A DNA stretch of 62,039 bases, the filler included, from Catajapyx aquilonaris (lineage: Eukaryota): assembly GCA_000934665.2 (NCBI GenBank). It is 3 parts of 3 records of this genome, joined end to end, with 100 filler letters (N's around TTAATTAATTAA, not from the genome) between each part and the next. Parts side by side here need not be neighbours in the genome. Positions count along the whole stretch, not along the records: positions 1 to 20,620 come from JYFJ02006222.1; 2 more parts are not named here. One strand, 5' to 3'. Of this stretch, positions 1 through 11,523 are shown one piece after another (position 1 is the first letter of the stretch; every line of letters begins with the position of its first letter). The notes beneath the pieces are model-generated. The model did no database searches, had not been told where the DNA came from, and saw only the letters and a list, made by a program, of their open reading frames with translations. Position numbers and translations under genes: made by a program.

Positions 1-155
1 TTGGACATTAATCTCTTCATACTGCTAGCTACATTTTCCAAAGCGGCAGGAAAACTAATCGAAGCTATGGATAGTGCAAGCCGTGCAAGCAAGATTCGTT
101 CTTCTGCTGCTTCGGAAAAGCTAGCAGTATGATGCGATTAATGTCCAACACTGTA
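1..155. mobile_element. MITE (Tc1/mariner-type ends), cut by window start; same family as 15171-15308
   Basis: Internal inverted arms TTGGACATTAATC...GATTAATGTCCAACACTG followed by TA; related copy at 15171-15308. Confidence 0.7.
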
Positions 156-814
156 CCTTGAGCACTCCAAATTTTATTTCAAAAACCATACTACAATATG
201 AACCAAAAGAACACTTCAAAAAATGCTAGTAGCAAAACGGATAGCAAATTGCAAAAGAAGGCATTCCAAAGCAGGCAAGTACCTCCATCTTCCTCATTGT
301 GACCCGTTGCATGAGTGATGGCTGAAAACCTTCGGTATTGACACTTTCGGAACGGAGGCTCGTAAGACAACCACGTTTTCAGTGCAACTGCAGGGTGGCA
401 TTCACCGCAGAAAAACACAGAAAAGTTATTTTCCGCCAAAGTGGCACTTGCCTCATTATGGAAGAGCACCCCTTGATTGTTCTTCCAAGCTTGTGAACGC
501 ATCTTCATACACAGTGAAGAATGGTAGGCACGCTAACCAAAAGTTATAGTTCCACTAACATTTCTAGCTGTTTAGCATTAGTGATGTCCATTGTTTTACT
601 GAGCAAGTTACAGGGGTCGAAATATTCGAATGCAAAGGTGCAAGTTGTATTGCATAATTGTCATCTGCACTCCAAACTGAGCCTTGCCTATGCTTTTAAA
701 CACTCAGTAATTAAAAATTAAGCGCTCCAAGTAAGCGATTTGCACTCCAGATTAAAGTCTGGATTGCAAACTTTGCATCTGGACAAAAATGTTAAAATTC
801 GGCCCCTGGGACCA

Positions 815-950
815 CCTTCCTTTAAAAGCACCATGGATGGGATCATCGTACTTTCTGTGGTCGTCAAATGGAAGGAGACTAAAAGCAGCTCTGGGTGTGA
901 AAAGAAGGGCTTTTCCATGCTTTCTATTCTCAATCTGAGCTGCCACATTG
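815..950 (+). ncRNA. SNORA21: Box H/ACA snoRNA, SNORA21/ACA21-like, copy 1 (upstream of FAM120A CDS, probably in a 5'-UTR intron)
   Basis: Hairpin CCTTCC...GGAAGG, H box AGACTA (876-881), hairpin GCAGCTC...GAGCTGC, ACA 945-947 plus 3 nt. Pocket 1 (AAAAGC/CGTC) matches 28S GACG-U-C-GCUUUU; pocket 2 (TGGGTG/CAATC) matches 28S GAUUG-U-U-CACCCA. Both pockets are 14 nt from the H/ACA box. Confidence 0.88.
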
Positions 951-1079
951 ATTTAACTCTTGACATGTTACATGTATAATCGTTAGCTGTTAACGAAAGT
1001 TAGCAGTGCCCACCATTGACAGTGAAGGTAAGAAAATGATGGTTTGGGTGGATGTGTAGGTAGGGCACGATAACGGACA

Positions 1080-1312
1080 AATGACGCCAACGTTTTGTTT
1101 AGCAATTCCTAGTCAGCGGAAATATGCCGAGCACACCTCTGGAACCTCCCACTTATCAAGTTTCCATGGAGATGCCATCGTGCAACAATTGACGTAAAAA
1201 TTTCCAAACAAATGCCTTAATTGTTGCATGGGGGCATTTCCATGGAAACTTGAAAAGTGGGAGGTTCCAGGGGTGTGTTCGGCATATTGGTAAACAAAAC
1301 AATGATGTCATT
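1080..1312. mobile_element. Palindromic MITE/foldback element
   Basis: Long arms ATATGCCGAGCACACCTCTGGAACCTCCCACTTATCAAGTTTCCATGGA and TCCATGGAAACTTGAAAAGTGGGAGGTTCCAGGGGTGTGTTCGGCATAT; partial related copy near 1466-1518. Confidence 0.7.
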
Positions 1313-4300
1313 TGAAAGTTATTGTGGCCTGCCTATAATTATATTCTTGCCAAGTCAGGATTGCCATACAGTGCAGAAAATGAACTGGCGATCTGACCTC
1401 ATTGTTTCTTACATTGTTCTTTTTTTGGCTGACATTGTTTACTCATATTGCTGTGTGAGGGCATCGCCATGGAAGCAGGAAAAGGGGGAGGTTCCAGAGG
1501 GGTGTTTGGCAGATTTCCTTTGAGTAGGAGTCTGTAAACAAAACGAGGACGTTGGGTCGAAGTAAGGGCGGGCCGCCTATAAGAGGCCACCAATTCACTT
1601 AAAAACAATAGTTTGCAAACTTGTGAACACACCTGTGAAGGTAATAAAGAGGTGATTTTGTTGAGCTGGATGTTGCGTCTGTAGCTGCTTGCAATGTCAG
1701 GAATGTTGAGTGCCACCCAAACTTCCAGCCAGAGCCATACGGGAGATAAGGAATGTATGTGGGTATGGGGCATGTTGAACATGCAGTTGTTGTGTGCTGC
1801 ACCTGCAGCTGTTGCTTCAGGAGTATCTCAGGGGAGAGAAACATTCCATGTCCACTGGCCTGTTGCTGTCTTTAGGAACTAAATTGAGAGAAAATTTGTT
1901 AGCAGGTTTTTTGGATCTCTCTGTTGTATTGTATTGTAACTCAAGCCAAAACAGATGAGGCCTGTTACTTAACAAACTTTATTGCCCGATCCAAATCAGC
2001 AAGTGGCTTTTAGAATTATGCGATTTTGATCATTTGACAAAGGTGGCATTAGCTACAGCTCACAAAGGAAAGCCTCTTGACAGGACATTCCGCCAATGAG
2101 TGTCCAAAAGTGAAGCGTCTTAAATGAAAGGTGCCAGCATGGATTCAAGACATTTCTTTTCGGCTCTACAGTTGTGCAGATAATACTCCATTGGCCGTAG
2201 AGGTGGAAAATTATACTTACGGGAATATAGCAACATAGGGAGCGTTCTCAATTCTTGTTTGTGGAACCTTCATATGCCACTTCATAGCACATTGTGAATA
2301 TTAAGAGGCCTAGCGTAGGGTAAGAATCATTTTGTCACTCTAGGGCATTTGAAGCTGCATATAAGTGTATTTTTCCATGCAACTTAAAACCAGAAGACTG
2401 AAATATTGGCCAACACAAAAGAAATATTACTGTAAGTGACCTGTGTGAATGTGTACAAACCTTCCCCCCTGAAGTTCACATAAAGTATTTAGATTGTTAT
2501 CAGCAAGGAAATTAGTTATGATTCTGATTGAAGGTGGAGAAAGTGTAAGACGTTCTTTGTGGTTCATCAATGTTGTTAGAGAATGCAGGTAAAGTACGGA
2601 TATTTGGATTGGTTTATAGTGGAAGAACTTGTAAGTCATTAGCCTGGGTAATACTTAGGGTGTTTAGAAGGGTGTTCTTGACAAAACACATGAGGGATTT
2701 TTGCACACATGCCCCAGCACTTGTGTGAGGAAGATCCCATGTGGAATTTCCCACTTTCCATTCTGGAAATGAAGTATTGTCTTGTTATGGCGACATTGAG
2801 GTCTGACCTCATTTATCAGAACCACCAGTATGCCCATGCCACACATTCAACCTAATAGTAGTAGGTAATATTTCATGTAAACTTTCAAATGAGCTTCTCC
2901 AAATAACTGCCTAAAGTTAAACTGATCAGTATGGTCAATTCAGTTGAAACACGCAAAGGTTGCATGGTTGTAAATGCTCAAAACATGTTATCTGGTCCAG
3001 AGACTAGGTGTGTGGGTGGGGAATGAAATCAGCAGCTGGCCAATCCAGAGCCGAGGATGCAACCTGGATGGGAAATTTAATAACCGGCATTCAAATTTAC
3101 AAAATTGTTGACATGAAAGGAAAGAATGATGTCAGAGCTGTTCCTGTGTTTTGTGTTCTTGTTGACAAAAGTATGTACAAGGAAGAAGTATGGATGAGGC
3201 ATTCTTTCTGATATTGTGTTGCCCTTCTTTGGTAATCACAACAGGAGGATATGGGAATTAATGCAATGTTTGTGCATGGGTTTGGCCATTAATTACTGCC
3301 ATCTCATGGAAGTACAGTTCATTCAGCAATGGGATGGGATTGATTCCAGAGGCTTTTAATTGTTGGTGGATGGCCGTTATAGCCTGTTATGGCATCAGAA
3401 TTCTCTGGCTGTATGAACTGCAATGTCATCACGTCCAGTAAACATGTAAATTTATACCACACTTGAATGTGGCCCAGCAGGATTGCCAATTTTTCCATTG
3501 ATTGTTTTTTACTAGAATACATAGAATTACTAGAATTTACATAGAATGCGAGCTATGAAATTCATTGTAGAATTAGGATAAAATTGGAGCGGCATGCAGT
3601 AAAATTTCAGTCCTCATGAACATATTTGCGTTAATGGGCCACATTGGTGGAATTTCTATTGTACTGCATTTTTATAGGGTGGCAGTAATTTATTTATGTG
3701 CCAGTTGTAGTTGCTGCTTCCTGTTACTTCTGCTTGCATTTTTCTATGTGTTCTTTTAGTAAGGACATTGTTCAGTGGTACGTTGGAGAGCGTAGCCAAT
3801 TGTCACTATGTTTATGTACGTGGTACTAAATTGTAAATGGTACCACATTACCTCTGAAGCCTGCAGGTGTCAACACTTCACAACTTTTGGCAAAATGCTA
3901 CTACCTTCCTCCGACTCTCTGAGCAAGTTTTAAATTCTTAAAATGAGCAAGAGGTAACAATTTTTTATAGATTTGCTCATTTACAGAAGCAATGACTCAG
4001 TCTCATATGGGCATTACTTGTACCATCTATTGGATTGCAAGCTCTGGTTCAGGCATATGTTTCTGAACAGGTGGATATTATCAGTAAAATAACGTTCATG
4101 CAATATAAGACCAGCTGAGTGGCATAAAACAGTTGCACTTCTAGTAGAAGAGGAAACTAGGAGCTGTGGCAGAGATATCATCTAGTAGTCCGACTTATTT
4201 TGTGGTTGTTATAACGTATTTGTATATGTTTTAAGTGCGGCCTGGGTACATAGTCTATTGTAGTTTTAGCTATGAACGTTCACTGTAACTGCCACCAATA

Positions 4301-4530
4301 TGACATGCACTGTATGACAATTTGTCTTCTTGTGTAATTTTTTTATGGGTTCCACAAGTCCTTCTGTAATATCCGATGCACGTGTGAATTCTAGGGAGTT
4401 GCCAATGTACTTTGTTGCATATGAAGAAAGCTGTAACTATGTAGCTTGTATTACCAGTTATCTATAGACAGGTCCATTAATGAAGTTCCTCTTCTTTGCA
4501 GTAAATTGGAACAATACAACACATTCAGCC

Positions 4531-4636
4531 ATGTGAATTCTTCACCACACCGCATCAAAACATTCGACATATTAAATCTCATGATGAAACAAATGCGTCG
4601 GAAACCATAATTATGATCTTGGCCAGACTTTTTTAA
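4531..4636 (+). promoter_or_regulatory. Three short uORFs in the FAM120A 5'-UTR exon
   Basis: Putative acceptor TTCTTTGCAG ends 4501; ATG-TGA 4531-4536, MMKQMRRKP* 4581-4610 and MILARLF* 4613-4636 precede the main ATG at 4694. Confidence 0.45.
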
Positions 4637-4693
4637 ATTGACCCTAAATTGAGGGGGGAGAAAACTTTTACATATCTTTGAAACACAACAAAC

Positions 4694-7600
4694 ATGGGAA
4701 TTCAAGACCTACAGACATTCATACAGAGCCAACTCCCTGGAGCTGCGGTCCCCGTGGATCTTCTGAAGATTGGACGAAATTTCATTTCCACCCAGCGCAG
4801 ACTCTACCAGAAGGGAGGAAAGGGTGGGGGTGCTCCAGTCCCCACCCCATACAGGGGACGCCTCTGCCTGGTAGTAGACGGGGAGTGCTGCCTGGACAGG
4901 CTGTACGGAGGATACTTCTCTGACTGGGCATGTGGGGGGCAGTGGAATCGAATGGTGCAGTTCCTGGCAGTCCTAGTCAATGCCATACAGACCAACCAAA
5001 TTGAATTCGCAGTCTTCTTCAACGGATGCTTGGAACAGGAGCGAATGGCCGACTGGATCAAGGGGCAGCAGGCTGTCAGGCAGAACGTCAACCAGGTTTT
5101 GAAGCATATTGGCTTGAAGGGAACGCCCCCACCCAAGGTGTGGTGGGTGGCCCCCGTCTGCCTGAGGACCTGTCTGCGTATGGCACTCAGGCATCTCAAT
5201 GTTGCTGTGGTAAGTTACAAAGTTTTAGTGCTTATAATATTGTAAAAATGTCACTTTTACCTGTCCTGGGAACAAAAAGCTAAAATCTAAGCGTACTGTA
5301 ACATTTGGACGAATTGCGTGTATCTCGCAGCATTAAAATATTGTACAGTTCACTTAGAAACTCGGAATATACATTTGTAGTGACTCTCAGTGACATAGCA
5401 TCAGGTTCCTCCTACCAGTTAGGGATGCAATCCAAAATAATAATAGTAGCAAGTTGAGTAGCAGTTGCGGTGTTGCTCATGCTAAATTTAATTTCAGATG
5501 TGCACCATGGATGACCACCATCAGGAAGTCATTGCATACTGCCGAGAAAACAACTTCGATGGCCTTCTGGCAGAAGATGCTGAGTACGCTGTCTTCGACC
5601 CGCCACATTACTTCTCTTCTGAACAACTCAAGCTGACTTACAAAGTACGCTTCTATTCTTGATCATAACTCCAAGAAGTAGGCTTATGATCTGGTTTACT
5701 AATGTCAGTGATTGTCTTCTACTTTCAGGGATCTCTGGAGACCAAAGAATACATGTTGAGAGAAGTGGCCAAGGGTCTTGACCTAAATCCAGTCCGCATG
5801 TGTGTCTTCGCAGCCCTCCTTGGCAACTATTTGCTCACAGATGACGACCTATCTGCATTTTACAAGAAAGTGTGCAACGAGCCTGGTCAAACCAAGGGAG
5901 TAAGTAGGAATTTGTCTCTTGGTGTCGCAGTTGCATGACCTTCCTTAAAAAGCACCATGGTTGTGATAACTTTACCTACTGTGGTTGTCAACGGGAAGGA
6001 GATTGAGACAGTTCTGGGTGTGATCAGGAGATTTTTATGTGTGCTTACTGGTCTCAATCTGAGCTGTAACATTGAATATATGAATGTTGTTTACTCGCTA
6101 TGAACAAATGGCATTATTTGTGTTCTTCAATTATAGGTCAGTCGGGAGTCCATGCTGAAATCGGTGGCTGCTTTTGTCCGGTCCCTTCCTTCCACTGACA
6201 ACTTAGATGCTATTGGTGAACAAATTTTCGGCCCTTCTGACCCAAGGATTGGACGCTTCAAGCACTGTGTGCAGTATTACATCAATGGTACCAAGGATGG
6301 ATTCCTTAGATACAACCCTACCCTATCTGGAGGTAATCCATTACATTCATTCCAATCCTTAAAATTATGAGGTGTAATCCAGATCATGGAATGGCATGAT
6401 TTCTGAATGTCATGTGTATTAGAATGAGCATTAAATTGTAACACTGACACTCAGCTCTGAGATATTTCAAGTGTAAATGTGACGGTAGAAAATTTTTCGA
6501 GAGCAGATTTAACAGTAACGGAACATTGTGATTTGAATGCAGGAATTTTCTGTAACTGTGAATTATAATTGTAACTACTCTCGTTCAGGTGGAAATCGAC
6601 GCAACGCAAACAAAACATCCTCAAGTGGAAAGTCCTCTTCCCAGAATCAGACCACTGAAGAGAAACCAGAGAGCACCATCAAATTTGCATCTGAAACAGC
6701 AGAAAGCGAGGTAGTTTGGGAAATCTTTGGGTCATGACGATTGAGGCTCACTCTTGTTTCTTGATTCCTCAGAAAGACAGCCTGGCAGCTTACAAGGTAG
6801 CCACTTCAGGAACCAAGCTGGCCCCAGAGATTGTAATCGAGTCACCAGATACACCGCAAGAAACGGATGGGAAAGAAGTAGTGAAAGCTGCGGGTGAAGA
6901 AGAGAAGAAGATAGGTCAGAACACGTTATTCGTTATTATTATTAAACATCCACATTCAGGAAAATTGATGGTGCCACGTACCTGTTTTGTAGTGTCCTTA
7001 TATTCATTGTAAGCCACCTGTAGTAAACAATCCTACTCTAAAAATTGTGCATCCAGCTACCATAGCTGTTAAGGAAAGTCACAACATGAACAGTCACCTG
7101 TTAAGTAAATTTAGGTAAGGGGCCACCTTCCTTTAAAAGCACCGTGGATGGGATCATCAAACTTTCTGTGGTCGTCAAATGGAAGGAGACTAAAAGCAGT
7201 TCTGGGTGTGAAAAGAAGGGCTTTTCCATGCTTTCTATTCTCAATCTGAGCTGCCACATTGATTTAACTCAATTGACATGTTACATGTATATGATGTAAT
7301 ATGGTATCGAAACTCATCTGATGCGAACTGTCATGTTACATGTTCAATATGTGGTTTATTGCAGCTGGTGAGAAGGAGCCTACTACTACCGTCTCAACCG
7401 GCACCAGTGCCACAGCGCAAGCGAGTCCACAGCATGCAGTCAATGGTGCCCACTTGCTGAGTTCATCAAGTTCCAGTAGCAGTTCCAGTGCCGCCTCTCC
7501 CAACAGGCTGACTCCAGATGTGTCCTGGAACACACAATCGCAGAGAGGGAACGTGAGTACCACAGACTGTGTTGAAATAGGCCAGTTGTAACATCTGATC

Positions 7601-10600
7601 CTCTGGATTATCCCAGAGCAACGTTAAGAATGGCATTGACAGTAATTGCAACTCCAATTTGAAGGCTACCAAGATGCTGAGTGTACCACCTGAGGTGATG
7701 CGCACAGCAAGTGAGCGACATCAGAAGGGCCTCATGTCTCCTTACATCTACCAGATACTCAATCAAGTAAGAGGACTATGCTTGTATGAGATTACCTACT
7801 GATGTAGTTGCATGAGCGACTTGTCAGCTTTAACAAGGGCTGTGAGTACTGACACTACAAAATTTCTTCCTTAAAAGCACCATGGACGGCATAATTTTGC
7901 CCACCATGGTTGTCACATGGAAGGAGATTAAAAGTAGTTCTGGGTGTGAACAGAAGTATACATTAATGCTGACTGTTCTCAATCTGAACTGCAACATTTA
8001 TTAACAAGTTTTGTCCCAGTCATGTAAACCACTGCGGGAAATATTTTGCACCTAGGTGCATCTGCACTAGTGTAAGTGCCAATTGGTGATGTTCTCTTGC
8101 AAAAATTAAGGTTGTCATATACAGTTTTCTGGCACAATCATTTACTTAGTACATTATAATGCAGTTTTTATATTGCAGAAGGTGGCACATATTTAACTTG
8201 TTTCACTGCTTTTAACCATTTGCAAAACATTAATTTGTAAAATTTAGCAACAGAATAAGGGAATTTTAAGCTGATGCATGGGGCATTCCAATTTCACTAA
8301 GGCTGCTCAAAAAACCGTAGTTTAATTGAATTTTTCCTTTCTTATCTACAGGGGGAGATCAAGCTTTCGGTACTGATGGAGGAAGAAGCAAGCAAAGAGC
8401 TTCCAAACATACACATTCTCTATCGTCCAGTTCGTCAGATGGTGTATGCCATCTTGTTCAACCTGCACCACTACATCTACCTCTCAAACCAGCATGCAGA
8501 GGGGAAGAGTGAACGTAAGGTGGACATCCCCGAGGTCAAGGTCAAGGAGTGGGTCTGGTCCAAGAGTAATCCACTGCAACATCCTGACCATGTACCTGCT
8601 GAGCCTATCGGATGGGCTGTTCCTACTGTTCAAAAGCTTTGGTTTGGGTAAGCCTCAGGTTACTGTTCCATTTACTTTGTTCAATCATGATGTTCCCGTA
8701 ATTAGCTTGACAAATTTTTTCCAACGTGGGCCTGCAACTTCCTATCGTCTCATCTTGCAACGCATCAATTAAATTCTTGTAGATATTGCAGGGGTTGAAT
8801 GCTACTGAAAATGTACAAGACAGAAAGTAGTTCAGGGATTTATTAGTCCAAACAAAAGGGGTTTAGCTTACAATACTGTCTTACACGTTTGCCACTCAAA
8901 AAGTGGTTGACGTGCATTTCCCATGGCATCGACACAAACTGATCAGGGGATGATTTTTGTCACAAGGTCTGCTGTGGATGACAAGAGAAGACGACTGAGG
9001 GCATTTCTTACCTGCATGAGGTCAGACACTCAACTGATTCTTTGCCCGGATTATGTTCCCCAGCATATGCTTGTCATGGCATGTGTCTTGAGGTAAGGCA
9101 ATGGCTGATTCTGTACGAGTTTTTCTCTGCATAGATGTGAATAAACTATTGCATTGACCCTGATGTGGTTGGTGGGTCGACAATACTGTGCCTATCTGAT
9201 AGTGGGCCATGTTTGGGTTGGGTGTAAGATTTGCATAAAGGGCCCAGTTGATACATTTCACTGCTGATAGGCTAGTACGCATGTCAAAAAATCAATTCAA
9301 TATAAACTATTTGCATAGACATTGAAATGTTTTTTTCGTTGTTGTTTACAGGTACATCGTGTCGTACCCAGCATGTCGTGTGCTTCACAGGCATGAGCTG
9401 GATGCCTTCATAGTCCAGGCCTTCTCCCCTGAGCTGATGAACGCACAGGATTTGCAAGAGCTTCAGCTTCCTGTGGTGTCAGTCAGGGGTGTCCAGTTGG
9501 CAGCTCTTTTCACGCAGGGGATAGAGATGGCACTGCTGGCCAATGATGCGTGTGGGGCTCCTGTTCCATGGCTCATGTGTTGCCCTTGGCTGTTCTTCGA
9601 TGGTAAACTCTTCCATGCCAAGCTGCACAAAGCCACCATTTCCAAGGATATGTATGAACTGTGTGACTGCCAGTATGAACTGCATGCAAAGGTTGACAAG
9701 ATGAAGAAGGCCATACTTGAGGGGATGGAGCCCAGGTTTGCCAGGTCGACTGCTATAAATCCCTTGCCAAGTGAGTTTATTCCTCTTGTTCACGGAACAG
9801 TTTCAAGCAATTGATTTTGTACACTATCTATGGTAACTCAGACAGGGTGGGAGTCAGTACTGTAGACCTTTTCATAGAAAGAAAAAATGCGAGGCTAGGA
9901 AAGATATTCTTGTCATAATGCTGATGATTTGTTTTCTTTTGCAGCCATGAGAATGGGACTTCCAACTCAGTCATACAGTATGATCCCGCCTCCACCCCCA
10001 CGGGATGTCCCACCCCCGTTCCATCATCCTATGTATGATGGAAGGACAGGGCGCAATAACATGCCTGGTCGCAGGCCTGTCCCCTTGTCAGGAGGCAAGC
10101 TCCAGATTGCTGGAGTGACTGTCGGCAGCTGGGGCCCCAATTACGGGAGCTATCCAGGTGGTGGTGGAAGAGGTGGGAACAGGGCAGGAAATGGCAGTGG
10201 GCATAGGGCAGGGAGTGGAGGTGGTCACAACCACCACCACCCGCATCATCCGCACCACCCGCACCATGCACACCATCCGCACCATCCGCAAGGGAATATC
10301 GGACGGGATGGGACTCCATTACAGGTGACAAATGTAGGGCCCCATCAGGGCTGGGGATACCAACACAAGCACATGGGGAATTATGGTATACCACCTGCTG
10401 GAATGTCAGGAAGGCCATCCTACACACCCATGAGAGTAGGAGCTGGCCAGAGGGGGGGAGGAACTGGAGCTTTCCGGGGACGGAAGATGCCTGTCAATAA
10501 CGTGGTACGTATCACTAGCTATGAGTTTTTTAGCATCATCTTGTGCATATGGGAATTTTATTTTGTCAGTAATACTGAGAAAGATATTTCCAAAATTAGT

Positions 10601-11523
10601 GCATTGTGCAAGCTCATCACAGGTTTTGTTAATAATGTGTCACTGGAATTGGTGGCACCTTACCTTTTCGACAAAACAGGAATTGCACAAGTGAGGTCGG
10701 CTTATTTTGTCATATTGAGATCCAATGGGAACGTAAGCTGAAGAAATATGCATTATTTTCACCGCTGTTTTAAGTTTTTCCTATGAAATCTAGTTTCTGC
10801 CAGGTGGTGCAAGGTTTGCATTCAAGGTTGACCCTTTTACTCAAATTTTACTGGTGGGTCATTCGCATAATTTGCTGGTGTTTTGTAATGAGTGTAATAT
10901 TTTTGTTTCTTTGTCAGTTTCTTAATATTTTTTTTTCTTTCATTTCAGCCGTCCAATGGGAAGAAGAAACTCATACCTAACAAAAAGACTGTCTACAAAG
11001 AGACTGAAAAGAAGGACAGCAAGGGGCGTGGGATGACAGTCGACACACCTAACGGCATGTATGTTGACAATTTAAAGTGTTTCATACTTTCTACTTTAGT
11101 CTAAAAGAAACTGCACTTCCAAATGTGGAGTGAGCGCTGTGAATAATATTTTAGAATGCCCGTTTTGGAGCATTACGACATGTAGAGTACCGTTGACCCA
11201 TTTAAACATTTCTGATCAACAGCAGGTCTGCTGTCCCATCACACCTGCTGAAGCAGAATGGCAGTGGTGATGCAACATCCGCCAATGGCCCTTCCTGCAA
11301 CAATGACGCAGGGAGTGAAGAGAGCGAGCCAGAAGTTGCAATTGAGCAATTCGAGGATGTGGACGATAACGTCGCCGTAGGAACAGAAACCTCCAAGGAC
11401 TCAGTGGCTACAAAGGATATGGTGCCCTCAAAGGAAACTATGGTCACCAAGGATGCAGTGGCTGAAAAGGGAGGGGGCGATGGTCCGGACATTATACCAG
11501 ATGTAGTTTCTGCCAACGAGTGA
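4694..11523 (+). CDS. FAM120A: FAM120A-like protein (constitutive coactivator of PPAR-gamma-like protein 1 homolog; PIN-like N-terminus, Gly/His-rich RNA-binding-type C-terminus), 14 coding exons, ~1147 aa
   Basis: Exons joined by hand with GT-AG sites and consistent phases: 4694-5209, 5498-5644, 5729-5899, 6137-6332, 6589-6710, 6773-6914, 7365-7552, 7617-7766, 8352-8647, 8967-9092, 9352-9770, 9945-10504, 10949-11058, 11223-11523 (3444 nt, stop TGA 11521-11523). FAM120-family motifs: MGIQDLQTFI, LVVDGECCLDRLYGGYFSDWACGGQWN, GTPPPKVW, DDHHQEVIAYCRENNF, ANDACGAPVPWLMCCPWLFFDGKLF. Confidence 0.93.
5939..6074 (+). ncRNA. SNORA21: Box H/ACA snoRNA, SNORA21-like, copy 2 (FAM120A intron 5900-6136)
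   Basis: Same architecture; guides AAAAGC/TGTC and TGGGTG/CAATC kept, variant H box AGATTGA, ACA 6069-6071; upper stem changed to GATCAG/CTGGTC with pairing retained. Confidence 0.86.
7126..7261 (+). ncRNA. SNORA21: Box H/ACA snoRNA, SNORA21-like, copy 3 (FAM120A intron 6915-7364)
   Basis: Near-identical to copy 1; H box AGACTA, ACA 7256-7258, both guide pockets intact. Confidence 0.88.
7865..7999 (+). ncRNA. SNORA21: Box H/ACA snoRNA, SNORA21-like, copy 4 (FAM120A intron 7767-8351)
   Basis: H box AGATTA 7925-7930, ACA 7994-7996, guides AAAAGC/TGTC and TGGGTG/CAATC; stems GTAGTTC/GAACTGC and GAACAG/CTGTTC keep pairing despite substitutions. Confidence 0.86.

Noticed and set aside
718..979. 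Overlapping ORFs on both strands over the repeated element
   Set aside because: Conservation among the four copies follows RNA stems and guide pockets, not codons; the element is a snoRNA.
8686..8942. C/D box snoRNA (ATGATGT...CTGA) or U17-like start TCCAACGTGG in FAM120A intron 9
   Set aside because: The C box is imperfect, no convincing rRNA antisense element was found, and the U17 m1/m2 motifs are absent.
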